Shown: in pieces, positions 39,358 through 48,050 of the stretch
Position numbering within the stretch: the stretch's first letter is position 1
Layout: each line of letters begins with the position of its first letter
NCBI GenBank assembly: GCA_020628865.1
Contig: JAHDEJ010000028.1
Coordinates: 398-64,397, forward strand
Length of the DNA stretch: 64,000 bases
Source: Acidimicrobiales bacterium
GTDB lineage: Bacteria > Actinomycetota > Acidimicrobiia > Acidimicrobiales > SHLQ01
Direction of reading: 5' to 3'
Made by a program: the position numbers and the translations under genes
The notes under the pieces: model-generated
Database searches by the model: none
Told to the model about the DNA's origin: nothing
What the model saw: only the letters and a program-made list of their open reading frames with translations

Positions 39358-40421
39358 TGGATGGCTGGGTCCAGCGGGGGATCGATTCGCTCCGCCGGCG
39401 GCATCAGGATGCGGATGGGAGCTGCGGTCGCTCCCCGCAGTGCTCGTTCGGCCTGTTCGCGTTCGACTGCCTCGAGCGACGTCCGCACCGTCTCGATCCG
39501 GCGAAGCGTTGCGTCGGGGCGAGCAAGTCCGATCTCGATCTCGCCGCGCCGGACGCGGACCCCCTCGAGCTCCGCGATGAGATCGTCTCGAGCCGCCGCT
39601 TCGCTCTCGCGTTCCTCCGCTGCGCCGACACGAATGGACAACGGCAGATCGGGATCCGAGCTCTGTCGGTCCAGTTCCCGAATTCGTTCGTCCAGACGGT
39701 CGACCTGATCCGCGACGGTCTGCTCTCGCGCTGCGAGCGCGACGTCCTCGAGCTGCACCTCCGTCCGCTGGTCGGCAACGACCTCGAGTTCGGCGAGCTC
39801 GGCGTTGAGGGCAGCCGCCCGATCGTCCAATCCGTCCGAGTCCACGGGCAGCGCGTCGGCGCTCAACCGGAGATACTCGTCGACGATGCGTTCGGTGAGC
39901 GCAATCGCTCGGCCCAGATCGGCATCGGCAACCTCGAGCCGGATCACCTCGCTCAACTCCACGATCGACACGTTCACGGCGGAGCGAAGTTCCCGGGGCG
40001 ACATCCCGAATTCGTCCGCCACCGGACTCAGCACGGCATCGCTCTCCAGCGTGACGACCTGCGTCAGGATCCGACGGTCCTCCCGCAGGAACGCATCCGG
40101 GAGCGACTCGTCGAGGGTGTAGACGAACTCGGTGCGAGCGACTGCGTCACGATCGCGCGAGTTGCCGAGCACCGCACCGATCAGCGCCCCGATGCAGACC
40201 ACGACGGCCATCGCGGTCAATATCCGGCCCAACTCCGGTACCGACATCTGTTCGGAACTGAGCGGACGATGCCACGTCTCCGACGTCGGTGGATCGTCGA
40301 CCGCCGGAGACCTGTCGCCATCGAGCACCTCGATGTCGTCGGTGTCCGCTCTGAGGTCGACGTCGGCATCGGGTTTCGAGACCGATGGCCGCTGCTCCTC
40401 TTCGAGCTCGAATGTGCTCAT
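39261..40421 (-). CDS. Wzz/Wzc-like polysaccharide co-polymerase
   Basis: Two TM helices flanking a coiled coil; operon context. Confidence 0.55.
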   Translation of the reverse strand: MSTFELEEEQRPSVSKPDADVDLRADTDDIEVLDGDRSPAVDDPPTSETWHRPLSSEQMSVPELGRILTAMAVVVCIGALIGAVLGNSRDRDAVARTEFVYTLDESLPDAFLREDRRILTQVVTLESDAVLSPVADEFGMSPRELRSAVNVSIVELSEVIRLEVADADLGRAIALTERIVDEYLRLSADALPVDSDGLDDRAAALNAELAELEVVADQRTEVQLEDVALAAREQTVADQVDRLDERIRELDRQSSDPDLPLSIRVGAAEERESEAAARDDLIAELEGVRVRRGEIEIGLARPDATLRRIETVRTSLEAVEREQAERALRGATAAPIRILMPPAERIDPPLDPAIQWAAAGALIALIPALLVGRIVRRRQIQLRRTS

Positions 40422-41563
40422 GTGTTCGCCTCCCGCTCGGTGTGTTCCAGCACGGCGGTCACCACCGCCTCGACATCGTGATCGCGCATCGTGGGGTGCA
40501 TCGGAATCGACAACTGTCGCCTCGCAGCCTCCTCCGCGACCGGAAGGGTGACCGACGAGGTCCCCTCGAAGGCCGGTTGCAGATGACACGGCGTGGCGTA
40601 GTGGATCCCCGACTCGATGCCGCACTCCGCCAAGTACCGACGCAAACCGTCGCGATCATCCACGCGGACGACCTCGAGGTGATGCACCGACTGGCTGCCG
40701 GGGACCGTTCCGACCATCTGGACCGAGCTCCCGTCGAACGCTTCGGAATACTGCGCATGCACCCGTTTGCGAGCAGCATTCCATGCATCCAGGTGTGGCA
40801 GCTTGATGTCGAGGAACTGCGCTTGGAGGGAGTCGAGACGACTGTTCCGCCCCACGATCGTGTGCAGATGATGATCGGCCCGGCCGTGGTTCGCCATCGT
40901 TCGCACGCACCGGGCAAGCGCCGGGTCGTTGGTCACGACCGCGCCGCCGTCACCGAGTGCCCCGAGGTTCTTCCCGGGGTAGAAGCTGAACGTCGAAGCG
41001 TTGCCGAACGAACCGGCGCGTCGCCCTCGGAACTCGGCGCCATGGGCTTGGGCTGCGTCCTCGACCACTGCAATTCCGGCCGCGGCGGCGGTGGCCATGA
41101 TCGCGTCCATGTCGGGGATCTGGCCGTAGAGGTGCACCACGATCACCGCAGCGGTTCGCGGCGTGACCGCGGCTGCGATCTGTTCGGCGCCGACCAGCAA
41201 CGTGTCCGGGTCGACGTCGACGAACGTGGGCTGCGCTCCGACGTTCGCAACCGCCTCCGCCGTCGCCACGAACGTGTTCGCCGGGATGATCACTTCGTCA
41301 CCGGGACCGATACGGAGAGCGGCCAGTACGAGTTCGAGCGCGTCCGTGCCGTTCCCGACGCCGATCGCATGATCGACGCCACAGAACTCGGCCCAGCGGT
41401 CCTCAAATCGTTCGACTCTTCCGATGAACGACGACGTGGTTAGTGCAGAGCGCCAGGCATCGTCCAACTCGGCCCGAAGCGGGTCGTGGAGTGCAGCCAG
41501 ATCCAGAAACGCCACCGGACGCGAGGACCTCGGAGTTTCCGGCGGGTGGAGCGAGAGCGTCAT
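40418..41563 (-). CDS. DegT/DnrJ/EryC1/StrS sugar aminotransferase
   Basis: GNGTDAL, EDAAQAHGA, SFYPGKNLGALGDGG. Confidence 0.95.
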   Translation of the reverse strand: MTLSLHPPETPRSSRPVAFLDLAALHDPLRAELDDAWRSALTTSSFIGRVERFEDRWAEFCGVDHAIGVGNGTDALELVLAALRIGPGDEVIIPANTFVATAEAVANVGAQPTFVDVDPDTLLVGAEQIAAAVTPRTAAVIVVHLYGQIPDMDAIMATAAAAGIAVVEDAAQAHGAEFRGRRAGSFGNASTFSFYPGKNLGALGDGGAVVTNDPALARCVRTMANHGRADHHLHTIVGRNSRLDSLQAQFLDIKLPHLDAWNAARKRVHAQYSEAFDGSSVQMVGTVPGSQSVHHLEVVRVDDRDGLRRYLAECGIESGIHYATPCHLQPAFEGTSSVTLPVAEEAARRQLSIPMHPTMRDHDVEAVVTAVLEHTEREANT

Positions 41564-41573
41564 GTCGAGCCCC

Positions 41574-42614
41574 TCACGCCGACGCAGCGATCGAACCGCT
41601 GCGGGCGGGAAGCTCGGTCGGGACGAGCACACCGCCTTCCTGACACGATCTGTCTGCCGCTTCGAGTACCCGAACGACGACCAGGCCGTCCCAGCCGTCG
41701 ACGATCGGACGCACGCCGGTCAGCGCGCTGCGAACGAAGTCCTCCAGCTCTGCTCGCAACGGCTCGTGGTCGGCGAGCGCGGGAGCGATCGTGTCGCCGT
41801 GCCGGTATTCGACGTCCATCGACGAGCCGACAGGATGCACTCGGGTCTCTCGTCCCCGGTCGTAGATCCGGATGCGCTCATCGGCGAGGTCGTCGTACAC
41901 GACCATCCGTTCCGAACCGACGAGGGTGGTTCGACGAACCTTGACCGGGTCGAGCCAGCTGCTGCGCACCGTGGCATCCATGCCTCGCCGCTCGAAACTC
42001 ATTCGAAGTGAAGCGACGTCTTCCGCGAACGGCTGGGTGTGACGAGCTCCCCAAGCGCTGACCGCGTCGGGCACGTCGTCGAGAACGGTGACGGCGATCG
42101 AGATGTCATGGACGGCGAGATCCCACAACACGTTCACGTCGTGCCGATACAGACCGAGGTTGAGTCGCGACGAATCCATGAAGTGGAGTTGGCCGAGCCG
42201 GCCAGAGTCGACCAGCTCGCGCATCTTCCAGACGGCACTGTCATACGCAAACGTGTGGCCGACGGCGAGCGTGAGCCGTCGTTCTTCGGCGAGCTCGTAC
42301 AAACGCTGCGCATCCACGGAGCTGGTGGCAAGCGGCTTCTCGACCAAGCAGTGTTTACCCGCCTCGAGCGCCTCGGCCGCCAGCTCGGCATGCGACTCTG
42401 GCGGCGTTGCAATGACCACCGCATCGACCGCATCCAAACCGTCCCCCAGCCGGTCGAAACCAACCGAGACGGCATGCTCTTGCATCACTCTTTCTCGGAT
42501 GTCTCGCCGTGAATCGATGACGACGAGTTCACCCACTTCTCCCATGGACGCGAGCACGCGCACGTGCTTCGCACCCCAGTAGCCACATCCGACCACGCCC
42601 ACCCGTATGTCCAT
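41574..42614 (-). CDS. Gfo/Idh/MocA NDP-sugar oxidoreductase
   Basis: VGCGYWG, LVEKP, WDLAVHD. Confidence 0.92.
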   Translation of the reverse strand: MDIRVGVVGCGYWGAKHVRVLASMGEVGELVVIDSRRDIRERVMQEHAVSVGFDRLGDGLDAVDAVVIATPPESHAELAAEALEAGKHCLVEKPLATSSVDAQRLYELAEERRLTLAVGHTFAYDSAVWKMRELVDSGRLGQLHFMDSSRLNLGLYRHDVNVLWDLAVHDISIAVTVLDDVPDAVSAWGARHTQPFAEDVASLRMSFERRGMDATVRSSWLDPVKVRRTTLVGSERMVVYDDLADERIRIYDRGRETRVHPVGSSMDVEYRHGDTIAPALADHEPLRAELEDFVRSALTGVRPIVDGWDGLVVVRVLEAADRSCQEGGVLVPTELPARSGSIAASA

Positions 42615-42948
42615 TGACCGCTCCGACCGCCTTCCACCTGGGGACCGACCTTAGGCGGCCGATTGCGAGCCAAACAACTGAAATCTGCTGACGCATCAAT
42701 GCGGCAGGCGACGTCCGCTCCGGTCTATGGCATCCATGACACCGATCGACCGCCGTCGCGTGCGTCCGCTGACCGAGCGCGAGAGAACGCCCATACCGTT
42801 GAACGGGAACGCGACAATCGATCGCAATTCGACCCGTCTCGGCGAGCGATGGGCCGATGAAATGAGGACGAAGCCGGCTCGCCAACGCCGATTGGCAACG
42901 ACGTCCATTGGGTAGAATTCCTCAAGGACGAAACGCCGAACGCGGCAG

Positions 42949-43435
42949 CTACTTCAGGCGTGTTCGAAGGAACGCAACGGCCTGATCAAAGGCGTCCTTC
43001 GTCGGGTGCCCGTCTTCGGCCGAACGCTCCTCGGTCAGCACGCTGTGGGCCTGCTTGCCGATGCCGTGCGCCGGGTCGGGTGACGTGATCTCGACACCGA
43101 TGAAGTTGTCGCCGAGCGCATCGCGCAGCGTGGCGAAGCGTTCATCGGGCACCAGAGAGTCGCCGGTGAACCGCAGCCCCATCACTGGGCAACCATCGGC
43201 GGCTCGGGCCGCAGCTCGGGCGAGCTCCTGGTCGTTCAGGCCGACGCTCGCTTTGCGGTCGGCGCCGAGCCCGAACGGCAGCGATGGCTGGCTGAGCACC
43301 GGAGCGACGACCGCGTGGTCGAGGAGCATGGCCATGCCGAAACCGCCGGTGAAGCACATTCCGACGAACCCGACCCCAGGGCCGCCGCAGCGCTCGTGCA
43401 TCTCGCGGGCGAGGGAGCGAAGCCAGGCCGTCGCC
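42949..43435 (-). pseudogene. 5'-truncated dienelactone hydrolase family gene
   Basis: GMCFTGG nucleophile and AHSVLT present; no room for the usual N-terminal region before the tRNA promoter. Confidence 0.6.
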
Positions 43436-43514
43436 GCAGCGTTGCCGCCGCAGCGCCGATCGTCCACCCGACCGGAGCGTTCCACGCAGAGCAGGCCGGT
43501 ATCCTCGTGGTTCA

Positions 43515-43552
43515 GCCCCCGTAGCTCAGGGGATAGAGCGTCGGTTTCCTAA
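43515..43552 (+). pseudogene. 5' half of host tRNA-Arg(CCT), broken after the anticodon loop (probable attL)
   Basis: GCCCCCG TA GCTC AGGGGATA GAGC G TCGGT TTCCTAA, then TGCAAGG with no ACCGA, T-arm or acceptor 3' strand; TATCCT -10 upstream. Confidence 0.88.
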
Positions 43553-43745
43553 TGCAAGGGAGCTATCGGTGCGATCCGGCCTGAGTATCTGAACCATTGA
43601 GAAATCAGTGATTCTGGCTAGCCACAGATTCGACATGCGACCCTGGAAATCCGTCTAACGGATCATGATGGTGTCGATTCGTTGCAAGAATAGTCAGAAT
43701 CGGTCAGCTTGATTCGCATCTCCATACTTTCTACCCTGCAAAGTC

Positions 43746-45023
43746 ATGGATCGCATCGCAGAGAACCGAGACCGTGCGGGGATGTACTTCGAGCGCGTCG
43801 GCACGGCGCAAGGCGAGGTGTACGAGTCGTCCAGTGGTTGGGTGCTCCGAGTCAGGCTGCGCGCCCGCTCGGGCGAGCAGTACACGTTTCAGCAGAGCGT
43901 GCGTGCTGAGGGGAAGCTCGATGCTCAGTCGAAGCTGCGGGATTGGATCGACACGGTCGCTCTGCCCGAGCTCGTTCAGCGCGCGATTGCCGGCGGCGAG
44001 GTGTCCACGGCTTCCACGCTCGCTCAGTGGTGCCGGACCGATATTGATGCCCGGGCGATGAAGGACAACTCACGGCGGACGGTGACGGCTGCTCTCGAGA
44101 CCTACATCGAGGGAACCGAGCTTGGGCGTCTGCCGGTGGATCACGTGACCACGAAGCAGGTCGAGTCGCATCTGCGCGACCTGGTGACCCCGAGAGGGCC
44201 GGCATCGAACTCGACGAAGAAGAAGATTCTCGGGATCATCAGTCGGGGGATCAAGCAGGCGCAGCGGGAAGGGGAGGTGCGCGGGAACGTCTGTGATGCG
44301 GTGGATGGCGCCTACTACCTGAACCGAGACATGCGCGCCGATGAGCCCCCGGCGATGACGCTGCCCGATTTCGCTGATCTGGTCGAGGAGGCGCAGGCAA
44401 GCAAGGACCGGCGCATGGAGATGATGCTGCGAGTCGTCCGGGGTACGGGAGTCCGGCTCGGTGAGCTGGTTGCTCTGCGCTGGGGAGACATCGAGGAAGG
44501 CACGATCCACGTCGAGCGGGCGGCCCGGAAGAACTCGGATGGCGTCTGGGTGACGGAGGGCATCGGCGGCGAAGAAGCTGCGAAGTCAGAGGCCGGTGCA
44601 CGGCGCATTCCGATCGCGCCCGATCTGTTCCACGAGCTCATGTACTACCGGATCGATCAGAAGCAGCCTCCTAGGTCTGCCTACGTGTTTCCCGGGCCCG
44701 ATGGGGGTGTGGAGGCCCCAACGACCGATGGGACGCGCCTGAAGGCTCTGGGAGCCCGTGTGGGGCATTGCGAGAGGTTGCAGCGGTGCCCGGAGACCGG
44801 ACGGAAGATTTCTCGGTACGTGCCGCTCGGTGGCCGGTCGCACGTGCCGGGCTGGCATCAGATCCGTCGGCTCGTCGCGTCGAGGCTCGTGGAGTCCGGT
44901 CAGCTGTCGGATCCGGAGATCATGGCCATCATGGGCTGGTCCTCGGTGGAGATGCTGCACCGCTACTACCGGGAGACCGATGCGTCGTTCGCCCGGAAGG
45001 CTGCGGCGATGGCGGCGATCTGA
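43746..45023 (+). CDS. int: Tyrosine recombinase / phage integrase
   Basis: TGVRLGELVALRWGDI (R), KSEAGARRIPI (K), WHQIRR (HxxR), MGWSSVEMLHRYY (W, Y). Confidence 0.95.
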   Translation: MDRIAENRDRAGMYFERVGTAQGEVYESSSGWVLRVRLRARSGEQYTFQQSVRAEGKLDAQSKLRDWIDTVALPELVQRAIAGGEVSTASTLAQWCRTDIDARAMKDNSRRTVTAALETYIEGTELGRLPVDHVTTKQVESHLRDLVTPRGPASNSTKKKILGIISRGIKQAQREGEVRGNVCDAVDGAYYLNRDMRADEPPAMTLPDFADLVEEAQASKDRRMEMMLRVVRGTGVRLGELVALRWGDIEEGTIHVERAARKNSDGVWVTEGIGGEEAAKSEAGARRIPIAPDLFHELMYYRIDQKQPPRSAYVFPGPDGGVEAPTTDGTRLKALGARVGHCERLQRCPETGRKISRYVPLGGRSHVPGWHQIRRLVASRLVESGQLSDPEIMAIMGWSSVEMLHRYYRETDASFARKAAAMAAI

Positions 45024-45037
45024 ACGCCTGAGGGGTG

Positions 45038-45076
45038 CTTCTGGGTTCCACGTACCAAAGCCGCGGAACCCAGAAG
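45038..45076. terminator. Hairpin between convergent int and lipoprotein genes
   Basis: 12-bp inverted repeat cttctgggttcc...ggaacccagaag. Confidence 0.6.
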
Positions 45077-45080
45077 TTCC

Positions 45081-45548
45081 CTATCCAACTCGTGTTGCAA
45101 ACACTGCAAACTCGCCGCCAGAGAGACGGAGAACCCCGTTCGAATCGACCGCTACCTCGACTCTTGAATCGGCGCGAAGTAGCTGGTTTAGGGCCGTAGG
45201 AGGCTCGCGCTGACAGTCTTCGAGGACTATCTCAGTCGACGATCCGGTCATGAACCCCCGCTTGTCCAAGACGACCCGCATCGTGCCATCAGTTGGACAA
45301 CCGATGTCGTAGATCAGCCCGACCACTCCGCCGACTTCAGCGCCGAAACGGAAGAACCCACCTGGCTTCGGCGCATCCGCGCCGAAGCCTTCGGTCGACA
45401 CCGCCTCCCATCTTGAGTTCACGAGCTCACGAGCATCGAACTCCGGTTCGACTCGCTCGACGGCCTGCTCTGGTTCGGACTCCGTGCTACTTGTACAACC
45501 AGCGAGCAGCATGGACACAACCATCAGCGCCAACGGGGAGAAGCGCAT
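45081..45548 (-). CDS. Lipoprotein, possibly META-like fold
   Basis: Lipobox LLAG-C; L...RW motif, two further Cys, terminal L.L....VF.R strand pattern. Confidence 0.6.
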   Translation of the reverse strand: MRFSPLALMVVSMLLAGCTSSTESEPEQAVERVEPEFDARELVNSRWEAVSTEGFGADAPKPGGFFRFGAEVGGVVGLIYDIGCPTDGTMRVVLDKRGFMTGSSTEIVLEDCQREPPTALNQLLRADSRVEVAVDSNGVLRLSGGEFAVFATRVG

Positions 45549-45553
45549 ACTGC

Positions 45554-46921
45554 TCAGGAGGTCCTTACCGAGACTCCAAGACGGCTCTCGATCTCTGACA
45601 GTGGGTAGACCGCCATGTATGCCGTGTTCCGCTGGCTGCATTCGCCATTATACACCGGGAACGTTCCCCCTCCGGTAACAATGCCGTATCCGTCTCGGTC
45701 GTTGTGTACTGGACCTCCACTGTCTCCACCACATGCAATCAACGTAGCTCCTTCGACGCGCACCCACACAGGAAGACAGACGCCACTGGCACCGCAAATT
45801 GCGAGCCGGGGAGCATGAGTAATGCTCTCCACAGTTCCACAGCTCTTGCCAGTGTTAACGCCGAAATGACACACCCGATCGCCAAACATGTCGGTTCTGG
45901 CGACGATACGAGCAAGATCCTTCCGCTTCTCCCGTTGAACGTGAAAATCATCTGAGAAACCGTTGTCCGCACCAGCAAGGGTGTAGAGCACTACATCGCC
46001 GTAGTATCCATAGATCGAGTCGGAGTTGGGAGCGTTGTTGATCAAGGCCGATGCCCCCAACGGCGTAGCTCGCGCACGGTTGTAGTGGCGTTCCAGCTGG
46101 CGGTCGCCGCCGTTTTGATCACAATGTGCTGCGGTCAGCATGCCACTTTTGGCTCCCTTCGTGGCAGCAAATCCGGCCGTGCATCTCCGACCACCGACGA
46201 CGGAGATGTGAGCACCACCGTGATACGTCCTCATCTCAGACATCATCGGTCGTTCAACGAATTCAACCACGACCGGAGCAAGAGTCGGAGCGACGTCCAT
46301 ATCCATGTCGGTGGCGCGAAGTGCTTCCACCTCGAGCATCTGGTCCGCTGGCTCACCGGGCAACGCCCGAGCGGCGGCGATCGCTTGGACTGGCTCGATA
46401 AGGACACCTTCCGACATGAGTTGCACAGCCGAAGCCGAGTCGAGACCAACTTCGATCGTATTGTTCCGCATGTTGATATCCAGGGACGAGACCGATGCCA
46501 GCACAGTCTCGCTTAGCCCGTGGTTCGCATTATCAAAGTTCTCAAGAACGGCAGCAAGCTGATCGAACCGGTGAGTCGCGCCCAGTTCGACAATGATCTC
46601 GTCGTCGTTGCGGGCGATACGTTGGGTCTTCTTCGTCGCCGGCTCATCTCCAACCAAGTAGACCCAGCCACCAAAGTTTGGCTCATGGACGATACCCCAA
46701 CCAGCAAGGCGGCTTTCCTCCAGTCCACGAATTCGGTTGACCTTTCGCTTGAGTGCGTCGATCCTGTCCAAGCGTCGCTCGGCTTCATCAAGCGAAACGT
46801 CATAGTCTGCCGCATACGAGCTTATCTCGACCGACACCTCCTCAGTTCCACCAGCTGCGGACGCAAATATTGAAGCCAAGAACCCACAGGTCAAGGCCAC
46901 CGCCATTACTACTCGCCTCAT
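45554..46921 (-). CDS. Secreted S1 (alpha-lytic/streptogrisin-like) serine protease with pro-region
   Basis: Signal peptide; CTAGF, LTAAHC, GD, GGDSGGP triad; GGAG RBS; less GC-biased codons than neighbours. Confidence 0.9.
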   Translation of the reverse strand: MRRVVMAVALTCGFLASIFASAAGGTEEVSVEISSYAADYDVSLDEAERRLDRIDALKRKVNRIRGLEESRLAGWGIVHEPNFGGWVYLVGDEPATKKTQRIARNDDEIIVELGATHRFDQLAAVLENFDNANHGLSETVLASVSSLDINMRNNTIEVGLDSASAVQLMSEGVLIEPVQAIAAARALPGEPADQMLEVEALRATDMDMDVAPTLAPVVVEFVERPMMSEMRTYHGGAHISVVGGRRCTAGFAATKGAKSGMLTAAHCDQNGGDRQLERHYNRARATPLGASALINNAPNSDSIYGYYGDVVLYTLAGADNGFSDDFHVQREKRKDLARIVARTDMFGDRVCHFGVNTGKSCGTVESITHAPRLAICGASGVCLPVWVRVEGATLIACGGDSGGPVHNDRDGYGIVTGGGTFPVYNGECSQRNTAYMAVYPLSEIESRLGVSVRTS

Positions 46922-47035
46922 TTTATCTCCCAGGCAATATTGCACCGAAAAACCCGTCCAACCCGGCACGATCATCGACCATCGGCCACCCGAAGTCAAG
47001 GAACTCCAAACACACCGGCGTCGACCAGGCGCGCA

Positions 47036-47086
47036 GAAGCCCCCACCGGACAGAAAGGACCAACTCTCAGAACCGGCGGGGGCTTC
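47036..47086 (-). ncRNA. Stem-loop (terminator and/or candidate sRNA) with anti-Shine-Dalgarno loop
   Basis: 14-bp stem, fully paired only on the minus strand (G-U there, A-C mismatch on plus); loop contains GGUCCUUUCUGU. Confidence 0.5.
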
Positions 47087-47149
47087 GCGTCATCCCACCC
47101 TACTGGGTGGTCGATGTCGTGTGCATTGGCGGCGTACGATGGGCGGTCT

Positions 47150-47223
47150 GCCCTCGTAGCTCAGTTGGATAGAGCAACCGCCTCCTAAGCGGTAGGTCGT
47201 GCGTTCGATTCGCGCCGGGGGCG
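47150..47223 (+). tRNA. Prophage tRNA-Arg(CCT), complete, CCA not encoded
   Basis: Full cloverleaf: GCCCTCG/CGGGGGC, GCTC/GAGC, ACCGC-CTCCTAA-GCGGT, GTGCG-TTCGATT-CGCGC; TACGAT -10 at 47135. Confidence 0.95.
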
Positions 47224-47224
47224 C

Positions 47225-47437
47225 TCAGTGCATCCGGCGGCGCTTCGGCCAGTACCGCATCGACGGCTTGCGGTTCATCTCCTCGATCCGGCACTCCGCA
47301 CATCGGCGCCAGCGAGTAACACCGTGGGAGCAACTTTCCCGGACGTCGTAGTGAAACCGGTTCGGCGGATCGGCCGGGTTCGACACCCGCTCGTTGACGA
47401 TGCGAGTGCGCGGCTTGTTCTTGCCCCTCTTGCCCAT
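47225..47437 (-). CDS. Small basic phage protein with C-x-H..CxxC motif
   Basis: TGATG coupling to upstream gene; CSHG...CAEC. Confidence 0.55.
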   Translation of the reverse strand: MGKRGKNKPRTRIVNERVSNPADPPNRFHYDVRESCSHGVTRWRRCAECRIEEMNRKPSMRYWPKRRRMH

Positions 47438-47781
47438 CAGTCGATGCCGCCTGCCTGAAGGATGTCTCGGGCCCGATCGCCGAGCAGCATCGTGTCCAGC
47501 CGCAACGTCGGACCCTCCGGGAACTGGTTCGTCCGGCCTTGGGTCGGCACATGCTCAGCCCACGACAGCGCGACCGCGGCGACCTGGATCAGTTCGACGA
47601 TCAGCTTGTCCGGGTCGATCTCGGCTGCCGCTTCGCCGACCTCCTCCATGAGGATCGCCAGCCAGGTGTTCGGGTCCCGGCCTTCGAAGCTGGTCCCCCA
47701 CTTGGCGTCCTGCCGGACTCGTTCGTCGACGACCTCCTCGGAGAGCGTGAGCGTCATCGCCGACGCCAGCGTCTCGTCCAT
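47437..47781 (-). CDS. MazG-like nucleotide pyrophosphohydrolase
   Basis: ERVRQDAKWG, ILMEEVGEAA, ELIQVAAVA. Confidence 0.8.
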   Translation of the reverse strand: MDETLASAMTLTLSEEVVDERVRQDAKWGTSFEGRDPNTWLAILMEEVGEAAAEIDPDKLIVELIQVAAVALSWAEHVPTQGRTNQFPEGPTLRLDTMLLGDRARDILQAGGID

Positions 47782-48050
47782 CACGAACCTCCCTCGTACC
47801 GGGCCTTCAGCGCCTCGTACAGCTGCCGGCCGTCCTCCTCGCCCAAGGATTCCATCGGGTTCGGCGCCACGACGAGCAGCGGTATCAGCGAGTCCGGTTG
47901 GCCGGCGGCGTCGGCTCGGGCCTTCATGTACTCGAGGACACCACCGATGGCCTCCTCGAAATTCGGGCACGGGTCGCCGCTGATCCAGATGATCGCCGTC
48001 GAGAACAGGTCCTCATCGGACATGTTCTGAACTGCGGTTTGGAGGCCCAT
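47781..48050 (-). CDS. Hypothetical phage protein
   Basis: Translationally coupled to both neighbours. Confidence 0.6.
   Translation of the reverse strand: MGLQTAVQNMSDEDLFSTAIIWISGDPCPNFEEAIGGVLEYMKARADAAGQPDSLIPLLVVAPNPMESLGEEDGRQLYEALKARYEGGS

Noticed and set aside
42855-42936. Hammerhead-like fragments (GATGA..GGACGAA, GGACGAAAC)
   Set aside because: No CUGANGA box correctly placed before stem II.
43600-43720. Repeated GATTC(G) motifs as integrase arm sites
   Set aside because: Too short to distinguish from chance without the attR sequence.
43553-43745. Group I intron in tRNA-Arg(CCU), as known in some proteobacteria
   Set aside because: No convincing P/Q/R/S core and no 3' exon afterwards; an integrase follows instead.
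43515-47223. A 3.6-kb mini-island whose attR is the tRNA at 47150
   Set aside because: The 3' half (GCGGT) pairs with its own 5' stem, not the host TCGGT, and phage genes continue to the right. The perfect acceptor-stem match with the host 5' end is explained by Arg-CCT conservation.
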